A stretch of 64,000 bases of DNA from Perkinsela sp. CCAP 1560/9 (lineage: Eukaryota > Protista > Euglenozoa: Kinetoplastea), in the NCBI GenBank assembly GCA_965644495.1, contig CBFFSA010000042.1, positions 12,757 through 76,756 of the forward strand. The letters run 5' to 3'. The translations under genes and the position numbers were made by a program. Shown piece by piece: positions 41,171-52,100 of this stretch (its first letter is position 1; the number at the start of each line of letters is the position of its first letter). The notes beneath the pieces are model-generated. The model did not search any database. It worked only from the letters and a program-made list of their open reading frames with translations, and was not told where the DNA came from.

Positions 41171-44100
41171 TTTTGCAATTAATAAGGGGGGAGAAGTATG
41201 AATCGCGGCATTGCCTCTATATTTTGACCCAGTAGACGAACCAAGTAGGTCCATTGGGGGGGGGGGTATACGAATTGAAAACAAACAATCAAATTAGCAA
41301 TTCTTTTTCTGTCCACAGATGTACCTTTTTTCTCAGCCCAAAACTAGCAATTTAGTCTCCCCTAAGTATATACTACAAACAAGAAAAACAGTAAAAATTA
41401 AAACAAGCAATCCATGCCCAATCCATTCGCGCGTTCCGGACCGGGTCTTTCGACCACTCCACGGCCTGACTTGTGAACCCTTCCCTTGTTATATGGGAGG
41501 GCGCAGGCGCGGGCCTGTGTCGACAGCGACACGGTCGCGAAACAGGATGCTGGCCGACGGGGAGGAGATTCACTGCCCGTGTACTACCTCACTTGGGGTA
41601 CCTAGCCCTCGCGAGCTAGGCGTGAGTATAGACTCTGTCGACGCGACCAGCACCCTAATCGTCTTGTTACCCTAGAGGACCATGCCTGTGGGCCCTACTC
41701 CCCTTCCAGGGGAGCTTGGGGGTCACTGACGACTATCCGGGAGACCATCATGCGGGCCTGAGAGCGCATGAGTGTGACGTTAAGCTCTTTCAGAAGGTCA
41801 TTTCGGGCTTGAGCATCCGTGAGAAGACCTTTTGACGAGTTGGCGCGCAGTGCTCCCACCTTCCATAAGACCGCCATTGCGCTTTTACTCCACGAGCCAA
41901 AAGACTCGACAACCATGGCCGTGAACCCTAGTTGTGCTTCTTCTGCTTCTTGACGTTGTTTTTCCTTCGTTTCTGAGTAATGCTCGGCGAAAGACCCTGC
42001 AGCCACCCAGCTAGCATTCCGGACAGAGTCCAAATACTTTGTTTGCTGTGCGTGGGTGACTGCGAAGTCTAGTACCATGCCTTTCCCTAGAGTGTACGTG
42101 GGGAGGAAAACGTCAGCCGGTCTGGTGAGACCCCCTCCTGGCCCCCGATTTCCTAGACTTTTTTCTCGCTGGGGAGCCATGTTGGCCTTGCTGCAAAAGG
42201 AGGCGAATTCTACACAAAGCGCATTGTGCCGCGTGATGAGGCCATGTCCGTTCTTGCACAATAATGCATGCTCCCCATTTTTCTGTAGGGGTAGGGAACA
42301 CCCGTTTGCTGTGCAGGGGCGGTCTTGGCCATAAATGTCCATGCCAAACCACCAGCGCGATAACGTGCGGAACTCGGTTGGTGTGAAAGCAAAACCTTTA
42401 CTCCTTGAGGGCGTGACGAAGGCCCAGCTCCCAGCTCCCTTTCCTGACTGTGAAACCCATCGTGCTCGGGTGCGGGGGTCGGCCTGGCCGTAGGCTGTAG
42501 TGAATTCCTGCTGCGATATGGCTTGGCTCAGTTGCTGCTGCCGGGGTATAACCATTTCCGGCTCGGCCGTCTTATCCGCGTCCATGTTGTTGAGTATGTG
42601 TCGTGGGCGTTTGCTTCTCGAGGTGAGGTTGTGTCTTTGGCTGGACTCTGGATGTGGTTTATTCTGTTTCGGGATGCGTCCTGTACCGGGATCCACAAGT
42701 TCTACCCCCGCCTTTCTATTCACGTCCTGCACGGAAATGGTGAATCCCTCGGCTTCTGAAGGGTCCCAATCGTCTGCATCGGCGGCGTGCGCAACGGAGG
42801 AGACATATGCTGCTGTTGCGTGGAGGAGAGAAGACCTGAGACCAAAACCCCCGTTGCGCTTCTTACGTTGGATTTGGTCACGCGCGTGGGAATCCAGAGG
42901 GAAAAGTGCCCATTCCGCGGCTTTTAGAACATTTTCATCAAGGGAATTACAAAGCTCAGAAAGCGCCTGAGGGGGTGTCGTGCGAAGTGCGTAGACCATT
43001 TGACAGAATCCAGTGCACTGCCGGATGAGGGACATGGCTACTTGTGGGTCTCCTATGAAACCTATTGCGTCTAATGTTTCGCGTGCGGGCTCAATGGCTT
43101 CTGACCTGAGAAACTCCACGCAATGCTCCGCTGACCCAATCGGGGAGCCCAAGATGTCGAAATTTCCATCAGTACGAGTTTTAGTCTTCGGTATCTCTGG
43201 AAATAATCCTGTGAGATGGGATGAAGCAGGCGGTGTTATTATCTCACATTTCGATGGGTTTAGGAAAAGTCCGCATCGGGAGCCAACATTGGAAAAAACA
43301 TCGAGCGCCTTCCTGACCTCCTCAGCCTCCCCTATGAGTACCCCGTCATCTAGGTACCAAAGTTGAGTGTCTAGATTCGACCGAGACGATATTTCTTCTG
43401 TTACACTGGATAGTACTAGAGAGAAGAGAAGAGGGCCTAGTGGGTCTCCTTGTTGTACCCCCTCTGCCGAGGGTATGACATTGTCTCTGTAGGTAAGACA
43501 GCTCACGTTGGAGTAACACCACTCTACCCAAGGTGAGAGTTCGGGGAAATTTAAGCGCGTGGTTAGGGTGAGAACAGGCCTGCTGACGTTATTGAAAGCG
43601 TTTCTTAAGTCCACTTTGCAGAAGACAAAATTGTCACTCCCCAGGTTATTGAGCATGGCTCTCCGGCAGAGGTGGATAACTCGTTCGGCTCCCGCGGGGG
43701 CTGCTACACCATATTGTCGCCCGTTGAACAGAGTACCCGCTTTCTCCTTTATCGAGATACATGCCGCCTTGCTTACGAGGCGTCTAAGGGTTTCACCCGC
43801 TGCGATTGGTCGAACATCGTCCTCGCCTTTTTCCAGGGCGCAGAGCCGGGCTCCAGCGTAGAATGATTGGACGTCTTGTGGCGCTTTTCCTTGAAGCATG
43901 TGGTTCACTAGTCGCGTGAGGGCCGAGAGAGGATTCACATCCTTGTCCACATGTTCCAAGATGGCTGCCTGGAGGTGCTCTGGACGAAGGCCCATTGTGC
44001 CGGCTGAAGATCCCCTGCGGAAGCTGACGATCGCTTTTTTGACCTCTGTTTCCTCTAGGTGTAGGGGGTTGCCCTCGATCGGTGGTAGATCATTCTGCAA

Positions 44101-45398
44101 GGGATTTTCGTGTGGGTCTGGATGCTTCTCCAAGAGCTTTTCGAGGGTATCTGCATTGTCTGGCGCCATGGGGGCTGCGGTTAGGGCTGCCATTCCCCTG
44201 GAAAATTCCCCCTGGCGGGCCAAGAGTTCGGCTCGAATTGCCGCTCTGTCTGCATCGATTTCGGAGTCGCGTGATCTGGAGCGCTTTTTATAATGATCCC
44301 TCTGGGCATCTTCCCATAGCAAGAGGTACTCCCCCGCTAGCCACAGTTTCATGCGGTTTTCGACGTACGTAGAGTATGATGTGTGGCCTTTGCGACCGCC
44401 TCGGAAAGGTGCTGGTAGGACACACTTAGGGAGCATTGCGAGAAGTGTCCATGCCTCTACCGTGTTTTCCTTCACTGCGGATGTCAAGGATTGCGTGAGG
44501 ATGCTCGCCCAGAGGAATCTGCAACAGTGTGGAACGTCTTTGCAGGTACTCATGGGAAGTGCGCAGATGGAGCCGAGTGATGGCAAATTGTCTGTTGGAT
44601 TTTCTTCTGCGTTTTGGGGACGTGCCGTTGGTGGGGCTAATGACCGTCCGGAATTGTTGCGGCCCCTGCAGTTTTTGGGGTGAGACTTGAGCTTGTTCTT
44701 GGCGTAGTGTCTGCCACAATCTCTGCAGAGGAATCTTCCCTCTCCCTCCCACCACTCGTTTGGAATGTTTTTGCCGTGTCGATGAGCTACATGGTGATAA
44801 AATGCCTGCCATTTTCCGCTATGTGGTGGGGTTTTCCACGTACATCCTTCTGCTGGGCATTGACGTTCTACATCCTTCTGCTGCGTATTGGCGTTGTGGT
44901 ATGTGGTAGGGGCAGAATCAGTATTCTTGCGCTTTGTAGCCTTAGTTGGAGAGAAAATGTGGGCGGATGAGGCCTCCGAAGTAATTCCCACGTTGTTTGC
45001 CACGACAAGGGAGTGATTTGTCTCTTCGTCCGCGGTCATTCTGCCTGTGTCCGGTGTAGGTTCCTCTGCCGCGATCTTGTAGGCTCTTTCGGTCCAGTGT
45101 TTAGGTACGTTTTCGGGGATAGGTGTCGTATACAAAAGTTCATTGTAGGTGCTTTGGCCGGAAATCAGGTGAGCGTTTCCTGCGAATTGGTCCCAATCTC
45201 CGGGTTTGTGTGACATTTGTTCCTGGCGAAAAGAGTCATCATCCATTGGTAACGCGTTGGCATCAAAGGAATCATCGGGCGGCATGGTGCGACCCTAGTA
45301 AGCAATAAAGAGAAAGAAAAATTAATTCAACAAGGTACAGAAACAACAAGGTACAGAAACTGTATCTTTATCGTTAAGAGAGTTTGCGTGCAGCCGTC
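41171..45398 (-). mobile_element. Family B copy 4, full length, SL (45344-45376) plus 16-nt SL relict (45328-45343)
   Basis: Intact ORF. The 5' end reads SL + TTTCTGTACCTTGTTG + element body. Confidence 0.95.
41695..45285 (-). CDS. Family B RT-REL polyprotein, 1196 aa
   Basis: Same protein as B2/B3. Confidence 0.95.
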   Translation of the reverse strand: MPPDDSFDANALPMDDDSFRQEQMSHKPGDWDQFAGNAHLISGQSTYNELLYTTPIPENVPKHWTERAYKIAAEEPTPDTGRMTADEETNHSLVVANNVGITSEASSAHIFSPTKATKRKNTDSAPTTYHNANTQQKDVERQCPAEGCTWKTPPHSGKWQAFYHHVAHRHGKNIPNEWWEGEGRFLCRDCGRHYAKNKLKSHPKNCRGRNNSGRSLAPPTARPQNAEENPTDNLPSLGSICALPMSTCKDVPHCCRFLWASILTQSLTSAVKENTVEAWTLLAMLPKCVLPAPFRGGRKGHTSYSTYVENRMKLWLAGEYLLLWEDAQRDHYKKRSRSRDSEIDADRAAIRAELLARQGEFSRGMAALTAAPMAPDNADTLEKLLEKHPDPHENPLQNDLPPIEGNPLHLEETEVKKAIVSFRRGSSAGTMGLRPEHLQAAILEHVDKDVNPLSALTRLVNHMLQGKAPQDVQSFYAGARLCALEKGEDDVRPIAAGETLRRLVSKAACISIKEKAGTLFNGRQYGVAAPAGAERVIHLCRRAMLNNLGSDNFVFCKVDLRNAFNNVSRPVLTLTTRLNFPELSPWVEWCYSNVSCLTYRDNVIPSAEGVQQGDPLGPLLFSLVLSSVTEEISSRSNLDTQLWYLDDGVLIGEAEEVRKALDVFSNVGSRCGLFLNPSKCEIITPPASSHLTGLFPEIPKTKTRTDGNFDILGSPIGSAEHCVEFLRSEAIEPARETLDAIGFIGDPQVAMSLIRQCTGFCQMVYALRTTPPQALSELCNSLDENVLKAAEWALFPLDSHARDQIQRKKRNGGFGLRSSLLHATAAYVSSVAHAADADDWDPSEAEGFTISVQDVNRKAGVELVDPGTGRIPKQNKPHPESSQRHNLTSRSKRPRHILNNMDADKTAEPEMVIPRQQQLSQAISQQEFTTAYGQADPRTRARWVSQSGKGAGSWAFVTPSRSKGFAFTPTEFRTLSRWWFGMDIYGQDRPCTANGCSLPLQKNGEHALLCKNGHGLITRHNALCVEFASFCSKANMAPQREKSLGNRGPGGGLTRPADVFLPTYTLGKGMVLDFAVTHAQQTKYLDSVRNASWVAAGSFAEHYSETKEKQRQEAEEAQLGFTAMVVESFGSWSKSAMAVLWKVGALRANSSKGLLTDAQARNDLLKELNVTLMRSQARMMVSRIVVSDPQAPLEGE

Positions 45399-46021
45399 TT
45401 TTTTTTTTTTTTTTTTATTTCCACAGAAGTATATTTTCTTTTTCTTTTTTCTAAGCCCAAAACTAGCAATTCAATCTCCCCTAAGTATATACGACAAACA
45501 AGAAACAGTAAAAATAAAAACAAGCAATCCAGGCCCAATCCATTCGCGCGTTCCGGACCGGGTCTTTCGACCTCTCCACGGCCTGACTTGTGAACCCTTC
45601 CCTTGCTATACGGGAGGGCGCAGGCGCGGGCCTGTGTCGACAGCGACACGGTCGCGAAACAGGATGCTGGCCGACGGGGAGGAGATTCACTACCCGTGTA
45701 CTACCTCACTTGGGGTACCTAGCCCTCGCGGGCTAGGCGTGAGACTTCACCCGCTTCTTTCCCTCACTTCCCCCCCCCCCGAGCATCCATCCGCGCCTTC
45801 CAAACTTTGCCCTCCTCTTTCCCTCACTTCCCCCCAGAAATCAATCCGCGCGTGCTCCACCCCTTCTTCCAGCAGTGCGCGCTTCGGACCGGGTCTCTCG
45901 ACCTCTCCACGGCCTGGCTTGGGAACCCTTCCCTTGTTATGCGGGAGGGCGCAGGCGCGGGCATGTGCCGACAGCGGCACGGTCACGAAGTTGGGTTTTG
46001 ATCGCCGGATTCGGATGAATG
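45399..46021 (-). mobile_element. Chimeric 3'-UTR fragment: C/B-type (45399-45743) fused to D-type (45743-46021)
   Basis: Switch at GGCGTGAG/ACTTCACCCGC with no intervening poly(T). Confidence 0.8.
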
Positions 46022-46235
46022 TTTTTTTTGCAATTAATAAGGGGGGAGATGTATGAAACGCGGCATTGCCTCTATATTACCCATTATGCGAACCAAGTAG
46101 GTCCATTGGGGGGGATATGAATGTATGTAAATTTCTTAGTTTTTCCTCCTTCCACAAGCAATCAGCCCACCCCAAACTAGCAAACAATTTCCCCCCACGA
46201 AGCCGCCTCCCTGAAGAGAAATGCAGTGAAAAGTC

Positions 46236-49160
46236 TTTTTTTTTTTTTTTTTTTTTTTGTCTTTTTTACTTACTTTCCTACTTACTTTACTTCGCCCTTA
46301 TCAACTTCGCCCGCTTCTCTCCCTTATCTCCACCCCTCAAAGAAACCATCCGCGACTTTCCGACTTCACCCGCTTCTTTCCCTCACTTCCCCCCCCCCCG
46401 AGCATCCATCCGCGCCTTCCAAACTTTGCCCTCCTCTTTCCCTCACTTCCCCCCAGAAATCAATCCGCGCGTGCTCCACCCCTTCTTCCAGCAGTGCGCG
46501 CTTCGGACCGGGTCTCTCGACCTCTCCACGGCCTGGCTTGGGAACCCTTCCCTTGTTATGCGGGAGGGCGCAGGCGCGGGCATGTGCCGACAGCGGCACG
46601 GTCACGAAGTTGGGTTTTGATCGCCGGATTCGGATGAATGTTCCGAATCCATACCTGTCTCACATTGGGGTACCTTGCTCGTGAAAGCGAGGCGTGAGGA
46701 TAGGCACTGTCGGCTCGATCGGCCTCGGGCCGCTCTGGAGGCTATTCCTCCAGAGTTGCGATGGGGTCTTCGGAAGGTGAACGAGCAACCATCATGCGCG
46801 CTTGAAAGCGCATAAGGGTTATGTTTAGTTCAGCGAAGATTCGGCTCGTTGCCTCACCTTCCGAAAGTAGACCCCCCGAGGCGTGCGAACACCTCTCACC
46901 GACTTTGCGGAGCACGGCTGAAGCGCTGGGGCTCCAGGCGCCATAACTTTCGACAACCATGGCCGTAAAGTCGCATCCTGCCTCTACGGCTTCTCGACGC
47001 TGCTTGCCCTTCTCCATTGAGGAATAATGTTCGGCAAATGACCCCGCGGCAACCCAGCTAGCGTTTCGGACTTTGTCCGTATATTTTAATTGCTGAGCAT
47101 GGGTGACCGCGAAGTCAAGCACAATGGGATTTCCAAGAAAAAGGCTGGGCAAGTATATGTCGCCAGGTCTGGTGAGGGCCCCGCCTGGGCCCCTGTTCCC
47201 GAGACTCTTTTCTCGTTGAGGGGCGAGGCGGGCTCGACTGCACACGTCCGCGAACTGGTCCGTAACAGCGTTGTGCCTGGTCACAATACCATGGCCATGT
47301 TTGCAAGACAGTGCATGGTCCCCTTTGCTGTCAAGGGGGAGCGAGCATTTCGGCATGGGGCACGTGCTATCTTCATGGTAGATGTCCACGCCTAACCACC
47401 AACGGGCCAAAGTTCGGAATTGTGTGGGGGTAAAGGCGTGCCCAAGGTCTTTCGAAGGAGTCACAAAGGCCCAGCTGCTCGCTCCCGTGCCACACTGGGA
47501 GATCCACCTTGCACGGGTTCGTGCGTCAGTTGTCTCATATTCCTGGGAAAAGGCATGGGCTGCAATAGCATAACTGATTACCCGCTGGCGCGGGATCTTC
47601 CCTTTGGGCCACTGTGGGGGTAGCATGTCCTGGCATTCTTCAGAACCGTAGAGGGGAGTCGAGAGTGGGTAGGCATCCGTGGGTGTGTTGGCCGTGCGGG
47701 AAGTCGTACGAAGAATATGTCCCGGAGGCTCGTCCGGGGGGTGAGGATCATTCCCTGGCGGAGGGCGCCTTCTCTTCCGGTAGGAGTACGGCGCGCTCAG
47801 GGCCTTCTCGCATGGGGCGTTGGGAGTCGTGAGAACACGACCTCGGGGATCGAGGAGAGCAGTGCCGGCCTTCTGATTGATGTCGAGGATGGCCTCCGAG
47901 AAACCTTCAGCGTCTGTGGGATCCCAGGAATCTGTGGCAGAGGCAAAGGCGACGGATGCAACGTAAGCCGCGGAAGCGTGGAGAGCTGCGGATCTCAGAC
48001 CTAATCCCCCATGACGCTTCAGTCGCTGTGCTTGAGATTGTGCTGACCTGTCCAGAGGACAGATGATTGCCTCTATAGCGGTCATGAGAAAGTCGTCTAA
48101 ACGGGAGCAAAGGTGAATCAGGGACTGTGGGGGCGTGCTTCTCATGGCATACACCATTTGACAGAACCCCGCACATTGACGAATTAGGGCAAGCGCGACC
48201 TGGGGGTCCTGAATGTTGGTGATGGCATCGAGGGTATCCTCGGCTGGTTCTAGGGCGTGAGAAAGAAGATAAGCAGAGCAGTGGTCGGCGGATCCTACAG
48301 GACTCCCTAGTATGTCAAAGTTCCCCTGCGAATTGATCTTCTCGTCGGGTATGTCTGGGAAGTAATCAGCCTGGTGGGCCGAGCTGGGGGAAGTAATAAT
48401 TTCGCATTTCGACGTATTGAGATACAAGCCCCATTGAGGTCCTACTCGGGCGATCGTGTCTAGGGCGTCTCTAACTTCCTGCGCCTGGCCAACGAGGACG
48501 CCATCGTCGAGATACCAGAGTTGGGCGGGAATATCAGTTTGAAGGTTAATGGCTTCTGAGAGCTCCAGGGCCACTAACGAGAAGAGCAATGGTCCTAGGG
48601 GATCGCCCTGTTGTACTCCTTCCTCGGAGGAGATGAATCGGGCCCCGTAGGTAAGAGAGATGGGGTCGGAATAGCACCAATTGATCCAAGGGAAGAGTTC
48701 CGGGAAATATTCCTGTACTAGTGGAAGGAAGGCAGCCCTGCTTACGTTATTGAAAGCGTTACGTAGGTCCACTTTGCACATGACGAAGTTCGGGTTTTCC
48801 ATATTGGACGACATGGCCAGGCGACACATGTGAATGACTCTTTCGGCCCCGGCTGTCGCTGCCACTCCGTACTGTTTGCCTTCAAAGAGCTCGCTCGCTT
48901 TGGGTCGGATTGCGTTGCATACGGCTTTGCTCGCTAATCGCCGAAGGGTTTCACCGGCAGCGATCGGACGAACATCATTTTCGCCCTTTGATAGGGCGCA
49001 TAAGCGCGCCCCTGCGAAGTGCGCCTGTACTTCAGAGGGTGCCTTCCCAGCTAGGAGGTGATTTGTTAGCTTTGTGAGGGATCGGAGAAAGTCATTTCCG
49101 TGTACGAGCAGTGCTGCCTGTAGGTGCTCTGGGCGTAAGTTCCTCTTTAAGTAGTTCCTC
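46236..49160 (-). mobile_element. CRE-clade element family D, copy 1, 5'-truncated
   Basis: ORF 46742..48865 extends upstream to LRPEHL at about 49139. RT WYLDDG, REL RPGD/LDFAV; no SL. Confidence 0.92.
46742..49139 (-). pseudogene. Family D RT-REL, N-terminally truncated
   Basis: Homologous to the C-terminal two-thirds of families A-C. Confidence 0.88.
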
Positions 49161-52100
49161 TTTTTTTTTTTTTAGCAAATCTTTTTGTTTCCACAGATGT
49201 ACCTTTTGTTTTTTTCTCTCAGCCCAAAACTAGCAATTTAATCTCCCCTAAGTATATACTACTTCTTTTTACACTTTTTTACTACTTTTTTTTACTACTT
49301 TTTTTTTTTTCCTCTTTTTTTGCAATAAATAGGGGGGGAGAAGTATAAAACGCGGCATTGCCTCTATATTTTTACTCAGTAGACGAACCAAGTAGGTCCA
49401 TTGGGGGGGGTATATGATTTGTAAACAAGCAATCAAATTAGCAATTTCACATTTTTTTTTTTTAAAGTTAGGCTCAGAATAGAAACAAGCAACTGTACGA
49501 AAAGTAAAAGAATGTTCAACCGAGCAAACGGCCCAAAAAACAGCAAATAAGAACCCGTTCCCACCCCCAAAAAAAACCTTCCCCAAAAAACGAATACCCA
49601 AAGCCCCAAAAAGAAACCACCCGAGAAAACCAGCCAATAGAAACGAGGCCTCCTCCCTTGACACCGACTCCTTCACTTTCCTACTGAGCTCCTACTCCTC
49701 TTTTCCGTAACCTAAGAGCACTGTGTCAGGGACCGCCGCTGGGGATCGTAATACAAGCATGCGAGCTTGCGACCTCATGAGGGTAATGTTGAGAGATGAA
49801 AGGAGGTGATGCAAGGCATCGCTTTTAGGGAGGGTATCCCCTGAGTTCGCCATCTTTTTAGTTGAAATTTCCCTAAGAACCGCCATGGCGCTGGGACTCC
49901 AGGCGCCATAGGACTCTACTACCATTGCCGCGAACTTGTACCCAGCCGTGTTAGCCTCTTCCCGTTGTCTTCTCTTGTTCTCGGTAGCATAGCGCTCCGC
50001 AAATGACCCGGCCGTCACCCCGTTAGCGTCACGGACTGAGTCCGTATATTTTTGTTGCTGTACATGGGTGACGGCAAAGTCAAGCACAAGACCCTCGCCA
50101 AGCCCGAAATTTTTGATGAAGACATCACCAGGCCTGGTGAGGGCGCCCCCCTGCCCCTTGTTTCCCAAGCTCATTTCCCTCTGGGTAGTGAACCCAGCCT
50201 TAGAACATTCAGAAGAAAATTCTGCGGCCAGGGCATTATGCCGCGAGGTGATACCATGTCCACTTTTGCAAGCCAATGCGTGATCGCCCTCAGGACCCAA
50301 CGGTTGGGTGCACTTCTCCATGGGACAAGATCGGGGACCCGGATATATTTGCTCCCCTAGCCACCAACGTCCAATCCAATCCAATCCAAAAGACCGACAT
50401 ATGTCGGTTAGAATGTTAAATGTTTTCCCCCCGAACTTATACTCCCTCGCCTTCCAGTTCAGAGTTTAGTAGTGCCTACTATTTTACTTTCACACAATAC
50501 TTTTCCTTATCTTCCTGAACTCTTCCTCAGGGTATTCCGAACCTGCTGGTGGAAGCACGTCTTCCGCCCAACTCTTACTATGAAGGCGCCCTCTTCCCAC
50601 CAGTTTTCGCAATCTTCCCGCACAGCTTGACTTTAGCCTCGGCGCCGCGCTTGGGTGCTGGATTGGTTTTCGTCTTTCCCTTTTCCAAGGTTCTATGTTT
50701 TATCAGCTTTTCCAAGGATTTGTCGATTTGTGATGCGTTGGAATCATTACTTGTTTTTCTCTTTTTCTGCTCAGGCGGTCGAGGAACTTTTCGCGCTGCA
50801 ATCAGTGCTAACCCATCTGCCTCCTCGTTCCATTTATTTCCTGAGTGACCCTTGACTTTGCACATATATATTGAGTAGAAATCATGTTTTAAGGACCGTA
50901 ATTTTCCGTCTAACTGGGAGAACAAATCTCCATTTAAAACCCCCTTGTAACCAACGATTCGCCACCAACGTACCAGAGTCCGAAACTCGGTTGGGGTATA
51001 AGCGTGGCCGTTCTTTTTCGACGGCAATACAAAAGCCCATTCTGCTGCTCCGTGCCCCGTTTCCGAAATCCATCGAGCCCTCGTACGTGGGTCAGCGAGG
51101 GAGAGTGCTTGATGAAACTCGTGAGATGAGATTGCATCGCTTAGATCTCGTTGCCGAGGGATTACTGTTTCGGTACTGGATTCTGTAATGCCACGTTTAC
51201 TGAAAGGCGGAGTGGATGACAAGGCGAAACCTTTCGGTATTCTCCCTGATTGAATGTCTACGATGTCTTTCCCCACCCTTTTATTGACATCGCTTACGGC
51301 TTCTTCGAAACCTTCTGCCTCCGTGGGGTCCCAGCGATCTAGCTCCGATGCAAATGCGACAGAGGCGATATAGGCTGAAGTAGAGTGCTCTTCCGCGGAA
51401 CGGAGTCCTAACCCGCCAAATCGCTTGTTTCGTTGTGTTTGACGGCGGGCCTCGGGGGTCAGAGGACGGAAAAAATTCTCTACCGCGCGTTGCACGGCGT
51501 CGTCCAAGCGCCGACAGAGATCCCGAAGTTCAGATGTTGGGGTTGTTCGTAGGGAGTAAACCATCTGGCAGAAGCCAGTGCAGTGACGAATGAGGGATAA
51601 GGCAACCTGGGGGTCTTCGAGGTGCGTTATAGCGTCCAGAGAATCTTCTGCCATTTCGACTGCATTGTTGACGAGATATTCACGACAAAACTCTGGCGAT
51701 CCAACGGGGCTTCCCAGAATGTAAAAATTGCCTTCGAGGTTTTTGTTAGGGCCAGGGAGATCGGGAAAAACAGAAGAACGATGAGAAGATGCTGGGTGGG
51801 TAATAATCTCGCATTTTGCAGCGTTGAGGTGTAGGCCCCATTGTGGACCCTTCATTTCGATAACGTCGAACGCGTGTCGCACATCACAGGAAGTGCCAGC
51901 CAAAACGCCATCATCCAGGTACCAGAGGCTTAGGTCTAATTTGGGGGCTGCTGCGTGAATTTCTGAGGCGACTTCCCTCATGACTAACGAGAAAAGAAGA
52001 GGGCCCAAGGGGTCCCCTTGCTGGACACCCTCACGAGATTTAATAACGCGTGTTCCAAAGGTAAGCTTACTTTCCGAAGTGTAGCACCATTCGACGTAAG

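Noticed and set aside
13093-45376. SL RNA gene array with SL-specific insertions (SL as TSD)
   Set aside because: No SL intron, GT donor or spacer is present, and the SL is missing at all truncated junctions, where a TSD should also occur.
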